A DNA stretch of 32,000 nt from Okeania sp. (GTDB lineage: Bacteria > Cyanobacteriota > Cyanobacteriia > Cyanobacteriales > Microcoleaceae): positions 1 through 32,000 of the forward strand of contig NZ_JAYKGW010000230.1 of the NCBI RefSeq assembly GCF_035285525.1, read 5' to 3'. Of the stretch, positions 1-8,898 are shown one piece after another (the stretch's first letter is position 1; each line of letters opens with the position of its first letter). The notes under the pieces are model-generated. The model worked only from the letters and a program-made list of their open reading frames with translations, was not told where the DNA came from and searched no databases. Both the position numbers and the translations under genes were made by a program.

Positions 1-2121
1 AACTAAATTTTCATCCACAGGCGATCGCTGAACTGCTGTTTCTATTGGCGTACCATCAATAATTACACTACTCAAACCCTGCTCATTTGATAAACCCATC
101 ATATTATGAATTTGTGGACAACGTAAATCAGCATCTATTAATAATACTCGTTGACCCATAGCAGCAGCAGCGCAAGCTAAATGACTTGCCACTGTAGATT
201 TACCATCTCCTGGTAAAGCAGAACTAACTACAAAAGAATTAATAGGATTTTCAATATTTAAGAGACGAATATTAGCATTTAAAGTACGGAAAGCTTCTTG
301 AAAAACTGAGGGATATAAAACCAAAGATGAACTTTTCTTTTCTTTCAATTCATCATTCATCCACATTCTTTGTTCATGTATCGGAATAATTCCTAGCAAA
401 GGCAAACCAATAGATTTTTTAACTTCTTTTGGAGTCTCAAAAACATCTTGTTCAAATCTCTCTCCGAACTGAGCTAATAATATTCCTAATACTAAGCCTG
501 TTATTCCTCCCAGGGCAAGATTTAATAACATTTTTGGAGAGACTATTGCTAACTCACCATTTTGAGTTTTTACTAATTCTGGTGGTGCAATTAATTCCCA
601 AGGTAATGTGGTTTCAGCTACTTCTCTTTGTAAGATTTTTTGTCTTTCTAATAGGTCTTTAATCCTTTGACTTGATGTTTCTAATCCTTCCTGAATTTCT
701 GTATAACGCCTCACTACCTCTGGCATTTTTGTTGCATCTTTATTTAATTTAGCCTCAGCTTCATTCAATACTTTAGCTCTAACTTCCATCACCTCTATTT
801 CATTGGCAGCTAATATCATTTTCTGAATTAATTCTAAGCGAACAGAATCTTGAAAAGCTAAAGCCTTTTTACTTATTTCTTCTATATCTTTGCCAACAAC
901 TTTTTCTACTTCTTGATTTAATAAAGGCAGTAATTTTTCTCGTTGTTTAAATAAAGCTTGCATTTGAGGTGCTTTTTCTTTAAAACGAGATGATTCTAGA
1001 GCAATTGTTGTTTCTACTTTTTGTAATTCATTTAATAATGATTGATATCTTGGTGCTTGACTTAAAGCCGAAGCAATCAAAGCTTCTTCTGGATTAATTC
1101 CCAACTGACCTTGCAACAAATTATAAAGCGCTCGCTGTTGGTCAAGTAATATTTGATTCTCTAATTTTTGAGTTTGAATTTGATTACTTTCTGTGGCTAT
1201 TTGTTGACTTTTAACTTCTGGATTAATAAACAGATATTCTTTTTGTAATTCTTGTAATTCCTGTCGCAGTTGTTTGATTCTTTCCTGATATTTAGGAATT
1301 TGTTCTTTAACAAGCTTCAGCTTTTTACCAGTATCAGATTGACTATCTTCACGACCATATTTAGTATAAGCTGCTGCCAACTTATCTAATACAAACTTGA
1401 TTTTGTTTTTGTCTGAATCTTGATAAGTAACTTCGATAATTTTGGTTTCATCTAATCTTTTTACTTTTAGTTTTTCCCCACTTAAAATTTGATTATGAGG
1501 TTTATTAAACAAAAAATTATAATTAACTTCCGGATACTGTTTTTGAATTTCCGCAATTATTGGCTGCATAACTTGCGGACTTTTTAAAACTTCAATTTGT
1601 GATTGATAATCTAATTGATAATTACTTGTGTTTTGATTTTGTTGAATATTTTTATCTGGATATGAAATAATTTTATCTTCATCTATACCAGAAATAATTT
1701 TGGCTGCTTGTTGTTCCCAATCTTCTTCAGCATTCGTATCGGAATAGGAAGGAATAATAGGAGAAGATGATATTTTTTCATCTGTACTTAATTGATGAGT
1801 AGCTGAACTTTTAACAATAACTTCTTCAACTAATATTTGAAATGCTCCTTGATACACAGGAATCTGATTTAAAGTCCAGAAATATGCTCCTGTTGTTGTA
1901 GCAGTTGTCAAACTAAAAATCAAGAAAAAACGACGGCAGATTAACTTCCAAATTTTATTTTCTTTTTGAGACGATTTCTCTTCAAAATTGTGAAACTCAC
2001 CATCATATATATTATTGTTATGGGTTAGGGAATAGGGAGTAGGAAGTGGGGAAGAATTGACCAGTTTATTGCGATTATTATATAAAGATAACTGAGAAGT
2101 TTTTTCGGGTTCTATATTCAT
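1..2121 (-). CDS. wzc: Exopolysaccharide chain-length determinant / BY-type tyrosine kinase (Wzc/GumC-like). The 3' end runs off the left edge of the window.
   Basis: Absent from the supplied ORF track because there is no stop in the window. The frame is open for 707 codons from ATG 2121..2119 (first ATG after the in-frame stop at 2149..2151) to base 1. The translation shows an N-terminal TM segment (FFLIFSLTTATTTGAYFW), a long coiled-coil Wzz-type region, a second TM (LNLALGGITGLVLGILLAQF), then P-loop motifs SSALPGDGKST and VLLIDADLR. Confidence 0.85.
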   Translation of the reverse strand, partial: MNIEPEKTSQLSLYNNRNKLVNSSPLPTPYSLTHNNNIYDGEFHNFEEKSSQKENKIWKLICRRFFLIFSLTTATTTGAYFWTLNQIPVYQGAFQILVEEVIVKSSATHQLSTDEKISSSPIIPSYSDTNAEEDWEQQAAKIISGIDEDKIISYPDKNIQQNQNTSNYQLDYQSQIEVLKSPQVMQPIIAEIQKQYPEVNYNFLFNKPHNQILSGEKLKVKRLDETKIIEVTYQDSDKNKIKFVLDKLAAAYTKYGREDSQSDTGKKLKLVKEQIPKYQERIKQLRQELQELQKEYLFINPEVKSQQIATESNQIQTQKLENQILLDQQRALYNLLQGQLGINPEEALIASALSQAPRYQSLLNELQKVETTIALESSRFKEKAPQMQALFKQREKLLPLLNQEVEKVVGKDIEEISKKALAFQDSVRLELIQKMILAANEIEVMEVRAKVLNEAEAKLNKDATKMPEVVRRYTEIQEGLETSSQRIKDLLERQKILQREVAETTLPWELIAPPELVKTQNGELAIVSPKMLLNLALGGITGLVLGILLAQFGERFEQDVFETPKEVKKSIGLPLLGIIPIHEQRMWMNDELKEKKSSSLVLYPSVFQEAFRTLNANIRLLNIENPINSFVVSSALPGDGKSTVASHLACAAAAMGQRVLLIDADLRCPQIHNMMGLSNEQGLSSVIIDGTPIETAVQRSPVDENLV

Positions 2122-2429
2122 AGTTAAAAGTAAAAAATAGGAAAGGATCTACCAGTTTACAAATAGAAAAAAGCAATTCTTTAAAACTTTAGAGGTCAGC
2201 TATCAGCTAACTTTTAGAGAAGAAAAAAGTAAGTAGTCAGCACTCAGCTATCAGCTATCAGCTTTATTACCTTTCCAGGAGAAAAAAGCAATTTAGAAAT
2301 TTCCAAGAATTACAAAGTATGTGTAAAATTTCATCAGCTAATCTTAAGAGTTTATCAAAGTACATTTTATTTATAAAAAAAAAGCTGAGAGCTGAACGCT
2401 AAGAGCTGAATGCTTATAAAAGTTCATCA

Positions 2430-2784
2430 TTTAACCTTAGCAGTGTATTAAATGATATTTATATTTAATTATATGTTAACAACTTTAAGCACTTCATTAA
2501 TTTGGCTTCAATTATCTTTCTTGTTAAAAACCGTAGTAAACATTCAGCTATTAGCTGTCAGCTATCAGCAACAAGACTCTGTTTTTTAAGCTATCCATTA
2601 TCAAGTTTTATTTTAAGAAAAATGTTTATAAATATAGTCTTAAAGATGAGATTTACATCTAAAACAAAAAAAATAGCTGATAGCTGATGGCTGACTGCTG
2701 AATGCTTACAAACCTTAGAACTGACCATTAATTACTAAACATTTATATTATTACTATAGTTCAAGCCAAAAAACCTGACAATAT
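2430..2784. repeat. Copy 1 of a 355-bp direct repeat (offset 437 bp).
   Basis: Aligns base for base with 2867..3221, with about six mismatches by eye. It contains imperfect 29-nt inverted arms (CATTCAGCTATTAGCTGTCAGCTATCAGC ... GCTGATAGCTGATGGCTGACTGCTGAATG) around a ~105-nt AT-rich core. Confidence 0.9.
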
Positions 2785-2866
2785 GTAAGCATTTCCTACG
2801 GAATCTTGTGCAAATAGCAGTCAGCTCTCAGATATTAGCTTCTAAGATAAATTTATAATTTCCAGA

Positions 2867-3221
2867 TTTAACCTTAGCAGTCTATTAAATAATATTTATA
2901 TTTAATTATATGTTAACAACTTTAAGCACTTCATTAATTTGGCTTCAATTATCTTTCTTGTTAAAAACTGTAGTAAACATTCAGCTATTAGCTGTCAGCT
3001 ATCAGCAACAAGACTCTGTTTTTCAAGCTATCCATTATCAAGTTTTATTTTAAGAAAAATGTTTATAAATATAGTCTTAAAGATGAGATTTACATCTAAA
3101 ACAAAAAAAATAGCTGATAGCTGATGGCTGACTGCTGAATGCCTACAAACCTTAGAACTGACCATTAATTACTAAACATTTATATTATTACTATAGTTCA
3201 AGCCAAAAAACCTGATAATAT
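2867..3221. repeat. Copy 2 of the 355-bp direct repeat.
   Basis: Same as copy 1. It is separated from copy 1 by an 82-bp spacer (2785..2866). Confidence 0.9.
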
Positions 3222-3232
3222 CCTAACCAGAC

Positions 3233-3281
3233 TAGGGAGTAGGGAGTAGGGAGTAGGGAGTAGGGAGTAGGGAATAGGGAA
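3233..3281. repeat. Heptamer STRR array (TAGGGAG)5(TAGGGAA)2.
   Basis: Seven consecutive 7-nt units read directly from the sequence. Confidence 0.95.
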
Positions 3282-3396
3282 AAGTCTTTTTCAGTAGAAT
3301 AGTTTGATGGATTAATAAGGAGCAATTTGTTTACCAAATTATTGTCCAAAATTCTGAATTTTTGACCATCAGTATCTCAAACAAGCACACTTTTTC

Positions 3397-3428
3397 ACAC
3401 CATAAAAATTATAAAATTTTTATGGTGT
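3397..3428. other. Perfect 14-bp-stem hairpin (ACACCATAAAAATT-ataa-AATTTTTATGGTGT).
   Basis: Inverted repeat seen directly. The stem is AT-rich and there is no clear U-tract on either strand, so its function is unknown. Confidence 0.4.
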
Positions 3429-3968
3429 AAATAATCTTAGATTTTCAGGATTTCCTGCGGAATGTTACCCCAATAGCTATCAGCTTTTAAATGCAATAAC
3501 TTACTAAGGTTAGGTTATAGGTTATTGCCAAAATAACTATTAATTCTCTAATGACTCAATTGCAAATAGCTTACTGCTTAATATGTAGACACACTTTAAT
3601 AATAATTTCTATTAATTTATTCTGGCTCGATAGTACAAAGTTTTCCTAAAAAATTATTTGCTTGAAAGGCTGAAAGTATTACTGATAAAACTTTACACCA
3701 CCTACAGTTATCAATAGAAAGTTTCTAATTTTTAGATAGCTGAAAGCCTTAACTAGCAATAGTTATACCAATTCTTAAAAGTCTTGCTATACTTGGAAAC
3801 TGGTAAAACGTCTTTTCTTTATAACTGAAATTACCAAATATCAAGCATTTACACTAGCAAATAGTATTTAGAAATAGAATATCCAAATATAGCAAAGTTT
3901 ATGGTAATTGGTATTATTCCTAGAACTTTGCACTGTCGAGTTATTCTTACTGCTCCCTACTCCCTAAA

Positions 3969-5654
3969 TTAATTAAAAATATCAAAAAATACCCCTAAAA
4001 TTCTATTAATAGGACCGAAAGGAGCTAACACACCTCCTACACCATCAGTAAAAGTTGCCCTACCAGAACGCCCAACTACAACTACATCATTATTTAATAA
4101 AGTTGGATTAGTTTCTTCATTAGCTTTTGCTGAAAAATCTACCTTGACTTTTCGCCGAGTAACTGTACCATTAGGATTAAGACGAATCAATTCTATTTCC
4201 TTCGTTTTTGCTCTTCCTGGTTTAAAACCTCCCGCTGATAATAAAGCTTGATTCAGCGTACTATTCGGAGTTACAAAAATTGTTCCCGGTTTAACCACTT
4301 CCCCAATCACATTAACCTTCAGATTCCCTGGAGAAAAACTTGAGGCAGTAACTTTAGCTAACTCATCTAAATTAACTTCATCTGCTACTGGCACATAAAT
4401 TGTATCTCCTGATTGTAAAACTATATCTTGGCTTAAATCCCCACTTTCCAAAAGTTGCCAAAGATCTACTTTCATCGTTTGCTCCGTACCAGCACGAGTT
4501 AGTCGCCGTACCCTAATTTGCCGAATATCCGCTGCGGAAGTAATACCACCTGCTATCTTAATTGCCTTAGTAACAGTATGTAATCTAGTATTCTCAGGAA
4601 GTGAAGTATTATCTTCTACTGTGGTGGAATCTAAATTTTCTTCTGTTTTAGAAACTTGAATTTGGTTAATATTTGTTTCCAATATATATGGACCAGGCCG
4701 TGCTACTTCTCCTACTACTGCAATATTTAAAGGTTGAGTATTCGTACCAGCAAAATTAGCACTTGCTAATTGATTTGACTCTACAGGATTAACCTCAGTA
4801 ATACTAGGAACAAATAAAGTATCCCCATCCCGCAAAGAAATATCTTGGACTAAGCTACCATTTTCCAAAAGTTCCCATAAATTAATATTAATTATTTGTT
4901 CTGGAGCGTTGAGTTGGGAACGACGAATTTTAATTTGTCTAATGTCTGCTGAAGTTGTGACTCCACCCGCAACCTGTAATGCTTTAGTAACCGTAGGTAG
5001 TTGAGTGCCTTTACTATCATTTCCTTGACTAACTACTGGAGAAATGGTATAAGAACCAGGATGTTGAACTTCACCAGCGATCGCTATTTTTAATGAACGT
5101 GCTGCTAATAAATTAAGATTAACTATAGGTATTTGTAGATATTCACCGTATTTTTCTTGAATTAACTCTTTAGCCTTATCTAAATTCATTCCCTGCACAG
5201 AGACATTACCTATTAATGGTAAGTTGAGAGTACCATCAATTTGTACCTGATGTCGGCCATTTTCTCCACTATATTCTGGTATGTTGAAGATATCTATTTG
5301 AATGCGATCGCCAGGACCCAGAGTATATTCTTTTGATTGTGGTGATGGTATTTCTGGTTCAGAAGGCAATATTAATTCTGGAGGTGGAGACAGGAGAGGT
5401 GGTATTACTTCTGCATCCTTTGGAGGTGGAGGTGGTGTTACTTCTACATCGTTACTCCAAGGTTCTATTAGTTTAGGTAAAGTCGAGTTTTGCGGTCTTA
5501 TTGGTTCATTCTGAGAGAGAGATTGAGCTTTTACAGAATCAGATAATCCCCAGTGACTGCATAATATAACTATCGTTCCATAACTTAAAATTTTGGATAA
5601 ATATAATATTTTGCTAATTATATCTGCTTGATTTTTTAATTCTTGCCACTTCAT
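3969..5654 (-). CDS. wza: Polysaccharide export outer-membrane/periplasmic protein (Wza/KpsD-like; Poly_export plus repeated SLBB domains).
   Basis: 561-aa ORF with a signal/TM-like N-terminus and a Pro-rich linker. It has a YTLGPGDRIQIDIF Poly_export motif and repeated G(E)V..PG.Y and DG/GD.I.VP SLBB-type motifs. Confidence 0.85.
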   Translation of the reverse strand: MKWQELKNQADIISKILYLSKILSYGTIVILCSHWGLSDSVKAQSLSQNEPIRPQNSTLPKLIEPWSNDVEVTPPPPPKDAEVIPPLLSPPPELILPSEPEIPSPQSKEYTLGPGDRIQIDIFNIPEYSGENGRHQVQIDGTLNLPLIGNVSVQGMNLDKAKELIQEKYGEYLQIPIVNLNLLAARSLKIAIAGEVQHPGSYTISPVVSQGNDSKGTQLPTVTKALQVAGGVTTSADIRQIKIRRSQLNAPEQIININLWELLENGSLVQDISLRDGDTLFVPSITEVNPVESNQLASANFAGTNTQPLNIAVVGEVARPGPYILETNINQIQVSKTEENLDSTTVEDNTSLPENTRLHTVTKAIKIAGGITSAADIRQIRVRRLTRAGTEQTMKVDLWQLLESGDLSQDIVLQSGDTIYVPVADEVNLDELAKVTASSFSPGNLKVNVIGEVVKPGTIFVTPNSTLNQALLSAGGFKPGRAKTKEIELIRLNPNGTVTRRKVKVDFSAKANEETNPTLLNNDVVVVGRSGRATFTDGVGGVLAPFGPINRILGVFFDIFN

Positions 5655-5765
5655 TTCTCACTCCCTCTCTATTTTTTTTTAATCCAAATAACCTATTTTT
5701 TTAAGCCAAATAACTATAAGTATTCAGCTATTAAGAGTCAGCTATCAGCAATTAGTAATAAATAA

Positions 5766-6028
5766 TTAGGGTTTGCTGAATTATTGATGAAAGCCTTTAC
5801 AGATAAACTTTTTAGCATTTTTAGGTAGGTCAAAAGTACCAGCTTTTAAGTCTTGAAAGCTAAAAAGTCCAGGATTTTCTGCCATAATTAGCCGATTTTT
5901 CGGGAACCGTAAATCAAGGGATAATTCTTCCTCCTACCTCTTCTGTAATTCTTATTCCCATAAGGATTGCAGGATTGCTGGATTCTGACTTCTCCCTGGT
6001 ACTAAAAGACTTTTTCAGCAAGCCCTAA
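5766..6028. mobile_element. MITE-like element, family A, copy 1.
   Basis: Terminal inverted repeats TTAGGGTTTGCTGAA ... TTCAGCAAGCCCTAA. The ~260-bp body aligns along its length with 15119..15373. Confidence 0.8.
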
Positions 6029-6197
6029 TTACTTCTGAGCTTTGGGAAGGGAAACTCGACAGTAATTTTTTACTCTTTACTTAACTTCAAAGGTTATTTT
6101 ACCTTATTCACAATTAACAGCTGAATTGGGAAGTTACGACCCAGGAAGCTAGCTAATAGCTGACGGCTGAATGGCGAGCGCATTCTGTAGGAAATGC

Positions 6198-6722
6198 TTA
6201 CAAATAACCTAATTTTTCTAGACTACTAATTATATGAGCTACGCTTTCCTCTAAAGTTTCATTGTCTGTATAGCAAGTAATTTCTGGATTTTCTGGGGCT
6301 TCATAAGGATCGTCAATACCAGTAAAGTTTTTGATTTCTCCAGCCCTAGCCCTAGCATACAATCCTTTAACATCACGTTGTTCACAAACTGCTAAAGGTG
6401 CATTAATATAAACCTCTATAAAGTTTTCATCCATTGCTCTAATTTCATTTCGTATTGCTTTATAAGGACTAATTGCTGCAGTAATCGCCACTGCTCCATT
6501 TCTGCTAAGAAGATGAGCGACAAATCCAATTCGTCGGACATTTATATCTCGGTCTTCCTTACTAAAAGTCAACCCCTTTGATAGATTTTCTCTGACGATA
6601 TCTCCATCTAATATCTCTACATTTCGACCTCTTTCCTTTAATTTTTCTGCTACAACTTTGCTGATAGTTGTCTTACCAGCTCCGCTTAAACCTGTAAACC
6701 AAAGAATAAATCCTTTTTCCAT
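6198..6722 (-). CDS. cysC: Adenylylsulfate (APS) kinase.
   Basis: 174 aa. It has the [13 protein letters not shown]-loop, DGD..R, and overall CysC-family length and sequence. Confidence 0.95.
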   Translation of the reverse strand: MEKGFILWFTGLSGAGKTTISKVVAEKLKERGRNVEILDGDIVRENLSKGLTFSKEDRDINVRRIGFVAHLLSRNGAVAITAAISPYKAIRNEIRAMDENFIEVYINAPLAVCEQRDVKGLYARARAGEIKNFTGIDDPYEAPENPEITCYTDNETLEESVAHIISSLEKLGYL

Positions 6723-6845
6723 GTTAACTTAATTTGTTTGAGTTTTCAGTGAATCCCTATTTTACTTTAATCAGTGAATTAATAGAATATCAGTAAATTT
6801 TTCATTCATTACATGGATGTCGATAATAAAAACTATATTTCTCAG

Positions 6846-7371
6846 GACTTACGCAAAGGTAAACATAGACAAAAACTAGATCGTTATAGTTTTAAATAGG
6901 GCTGGCTGATTAAATCTAAAAGTCTTTACGGACATATATTTTAGCACTTTCAGGTCTGAAAAAAAGTACCTGATTTTGAGGTGCTTAATGCTCCTCAAAT
7001 TACTATTTTAGGCATACGGTTGGGCAAAAAAAGTTACTTTCCTGCTCCTCTACTCCCCTACTCCTCTACTCCCCTACTCCTCTACTTCTTAAAAAAAGAC
7101 TGAAGAAGCACAAACCCTAAATACTGTGTCTATGGTCTATGGGTAAGTCTTAAAACATTTATCAAATTGGTATAAGAAAAAATAAACTTTAGTATTTCAA
7201 GTCAGAAATGCTGATAACTAAAATTACCAAAAAAAGAGGTATAAAGCCTCCCCTTTTAAAGGGATAAAAAATTTTCACTCAGTCAAAAATTACGGATTGA
7301 CGCTAGATATAGCGGTTAAAACTATTGCGCAATAGTTTTTAAACTCTATATATAGTACCTTTGCGTAAGTC
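6846..7371. mobile_element. Composite element bounded by perfect 16-nt terminal inverted repeats (GACTTACGCAAAGGTA), with other repeats nested inside.
   Basis: 6846..6861 is the exact reverse complement of 7356..7371. Related AGGACTTACGC-type termini recur at 13659..13769, 17827..17929 and 29426..29506. Confidence 0.6.
6897..7120. mobile_element. MITE-like element (TAGGGCTGGCTGA ... GCACAAACCCTAA termini) nested inside the 6846..7371 element.
   Basis: The termini match those of the family A/B elements. The interior carries a CTCCTCTACTCCCCTA repeat tract. Confidence 0.55.
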
Positions 7372-7438
7372 ATCTCAGTATTTCAAGCCTCCGAGTTTAG
7401 TCGGGGGTTCACTCTCTACTGATAACTGATAACTGAAA
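7192..7438. repeat. Two segments (7192..7284 and 7374..7438) of a dispersed repeat also present inverted at 11881..12004.
   Basis: The reverse complement of 11881..12004 matches CTCAGTATTTCAAGCCTCCGAGTTTAGTCGG.GGTTCACT.TCTACTGATAACTGATAA and ACCAAAAAAAGAGGTATAAAGCCTCCCC in this region. Confidence 0.7.
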
Positions 7439-8004
7439 TTACCGTCTACTCCCTAACTCAATAAAAACACTTACAATCCCCAACCCTAGTTATCTATTAT
7501 CAATTAGTAAAGTGACGGTTAAAAAATCGGATAATCATCACAATAAATAACGAAGGAAAAGCTAGAGTAGAAGGGAAAATAATTTTAAGTAATTGTGAAG
7601 AAAGAGTTTTTTTATCAATAATTATCCGGACAAGTAATTTCCATACTCTTGAGATAAAAAAATTAGGTTTTAGGGAGTCGGGGACAGGGAACAAAAAATA
7701 GAAAAGAAGAAAAAAACCGTATCTGATAACTTTGATAACTGTCACATCAAGTATTTCAAAAATAAAAGTCTTTCACCATTTTATAAATCTAAATGTAGGG
7801 TATTAAAAACAATCCATTACTTGGCAGTTAAAAAACTGGACTATAATCACAATCCAATTTTAATTTTTTTTAGGTTGCAAACTTAATCTGTAGCTTTATT
7901 TCAGCCTTATTTTAACTTCTGATTCCCAAATAAAGCCATCACAATAAATTAATCCTCCACACCCTTTTCTGATTTTTAACTAATAACTAATTATGCAATA
8001 AATA

Positions 8005-8034
8005 TCCTGATTTATTTCTTTAAGTTTGTATCAG
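8005..8034 (+). promoter_or_regulatory. Predicted promoter of patX-like gene 1: TCCTGA (DIF1-like -35), 18-nt spacer, TATCAG (-10).
   Basis: The same architecture, spacing and distance to the ATG (30 nt from the -10 box) is conserved at 8839..8868 in front of copy 2. TCCTGA differs by one base from the DIF1 hexamer TCCGGA. Confidence 0.45.
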
Positions 8035-8064
8035 AGAGTAGATACTCTTACATGGATACAACCT

Positions 8065-8310
8065 ATGAAAAACAATTATACAACAATCATTTTATCCTTT
8101 TTATTATTACTTGGTAATGCTCCTATTAGCCAAGCCTTAATAACTGAAAATGAACTTGAATCATCTACAGCATTTTTCAGAGAATCTGCTCAAAATCGTC
8201 ATTATGGACCAACTCAGCCTCCGCGAGGAAACAGACGAAATTTTGTAGAAAAAAGCTGTAATTCTGGATTAGATCAGGAAATTTTCCCTCATCGTGGTAG
8301 TGGACGATAA
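8065..8310 (+). CDS. patX: PatX-like small protein: hydrophobic N-terminus with C-terminal HRGSGR (RGSGR HetR-inhibitor motif).
   Basis: 81 aa from ATG 8065. The TTG at 8026 used by the track overlaps the predicted -10 box. The N-terminus is MKNNYTTIILSFLLLLGNAPISQA, and the sequence ends ...QEIFPHRGSGR followed by stop. It is paralogous to 8899..9150 and lies upstream of hetR. Confidence 0.75.
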   Translation: MKNNYTTIILSFLLLLGNAPISQALITENELESSTAFFRESAQNRHYGPTQPPRGNRRNFVEKSCNSGLDQEIFPHRGSGR

Positions 8311-8490
8311 AGCTATTTACTACTTTTTAATTTTGAAGAATAAGTAAAAATTTTATCAAAGTTTTTCAAGTTATTAAGTTGATAATATTAGTTCTATCTT
8401 CCATTCATAAATATGATGATAATGTGAAAAATTACCTGATATTTTGGTTTGAATCCTGGCTCTTCAATAGACAACTTATCTTTATGATAT

Positions 8491-8579
8491 TATGTCCGGG
8501 TCAATACTTAATCAATCACGATAAAAGAGCTAGGATATAATAAAAAATGATTTTTTTATTAGTAATTATCCGGACATAA
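8491..8579. other. Hairpin or TIR pair TTATGTCCGG ... CCGGACATAA (69-nt loop). The 3' arm contains TCCGGA (8569..8574).
   Basis: A 10-bp inverted repeat seen directly. Its counterpart in duplication unit 2 carries a compensatory change. Confidence 0.55.
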
Positions 8580-8838
8580 CTTTAAGTATTGGAAAAATTT
8601 ACCAAACCACTCTAAAAAATTAAGACAGGGTGGTAAAAACTCATTGCTTGATGGTGAAAATACCGAAGAATCATCAAGATAAACTTTTAATTTATTTTTT
8701 TGCGATTGAGAATCTAGTTTGTAGATACATTTCAGTCTTAGCTTTACATCTATTTTGCCAATAAATCCATTTTAACACTATACTTATCCTTCACACAGTC
8801 TTCATATTTTGAACTAATAAATAATTCTTCGATAAGTA

Positions 8839-8868
8839 TCCTGATTTGATCCTCAATTTTTGTATTAG
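8839..8868 (+). promoter_or_regulatory. Predicted promoter of patX-like gene 2: TCCTGA, 18-nt spacer, TATTAG.
   Basis: Positional equivalent of 8005..8034, again 30 nt from the -10 box to the ATG. Confidence 0.45.
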
Positions 8869-8898
8869 AGAGTAGATGCTCTTAAATGGATACGACCT

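Larger units (their letters stand above)
7612..8555. repeat. Unit 1 of the tandem segmental duplication carrying patX-like gene 1 (boundaries approximate).
   Basis: Unit 1 aligns with unit 2 from the AATTATCCGGACA motif through the upstream region, ORF and downstream region. ATG-to-ATG spacing is 834 bp. Unit 1 carries an extra ~110-nt STRR-rich insertion near 7660..7745. Confidence 0.8.

Noticed and set aside
429-662. 77-aa ORF on the + strand.
   Set aside because: It lies antisense inside the well-supported Wzc-like CDS and has a low-complexity Leu/Phe-rich translation typical of the antisense frame in AT-rich genes.
2502-3124. Two near-identical 61-aa ORFs (2502..2687 and 2939..3124) as a duplicated small-protein gene.
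   Set aside because: Both lie inside the 355-bp direct repeat. They start at TTG with no Shine-Dalgarno sequence and are translated largely from CAGCTAT-type heptamers and A-runs. The two nucleotide differences inside the ORF are both non-synonymous (R to C, L to S), so there is no sign of purifying selection.
5302-5514. 70-aa Gly-rich ORF on the + strand.
   Set aside because: It is antisense to the Pro-rich linker of Wza (poly-Pro codons read as poly-Gly).
7500-7745. 81-aa ORF on the - strand.
   Set aside because: It spans an STRR-rich insertion and the duplication-unit boundary. It has a Phe/Leu/Ile-rich low-complexity sequence, no ribosome-binding site and no family resemblance.
8038-8051. 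Perfect NtcA-type consensus GTA-N8-TAC (GTAGATACTCTTAC) upstream of patX copy 1.
   Set aside because: It lies downstream of the predicted -10 box and only 14 nt from the ATG, which is the wrong geometry for NtcA activation (the site should be centred near -41.5). In copy 2 it is degenerate (GTA-N8-TAA). It may simply be part of the AGAGTA/TACTCT leader palindrome. I have left it as a note rather than a feature.
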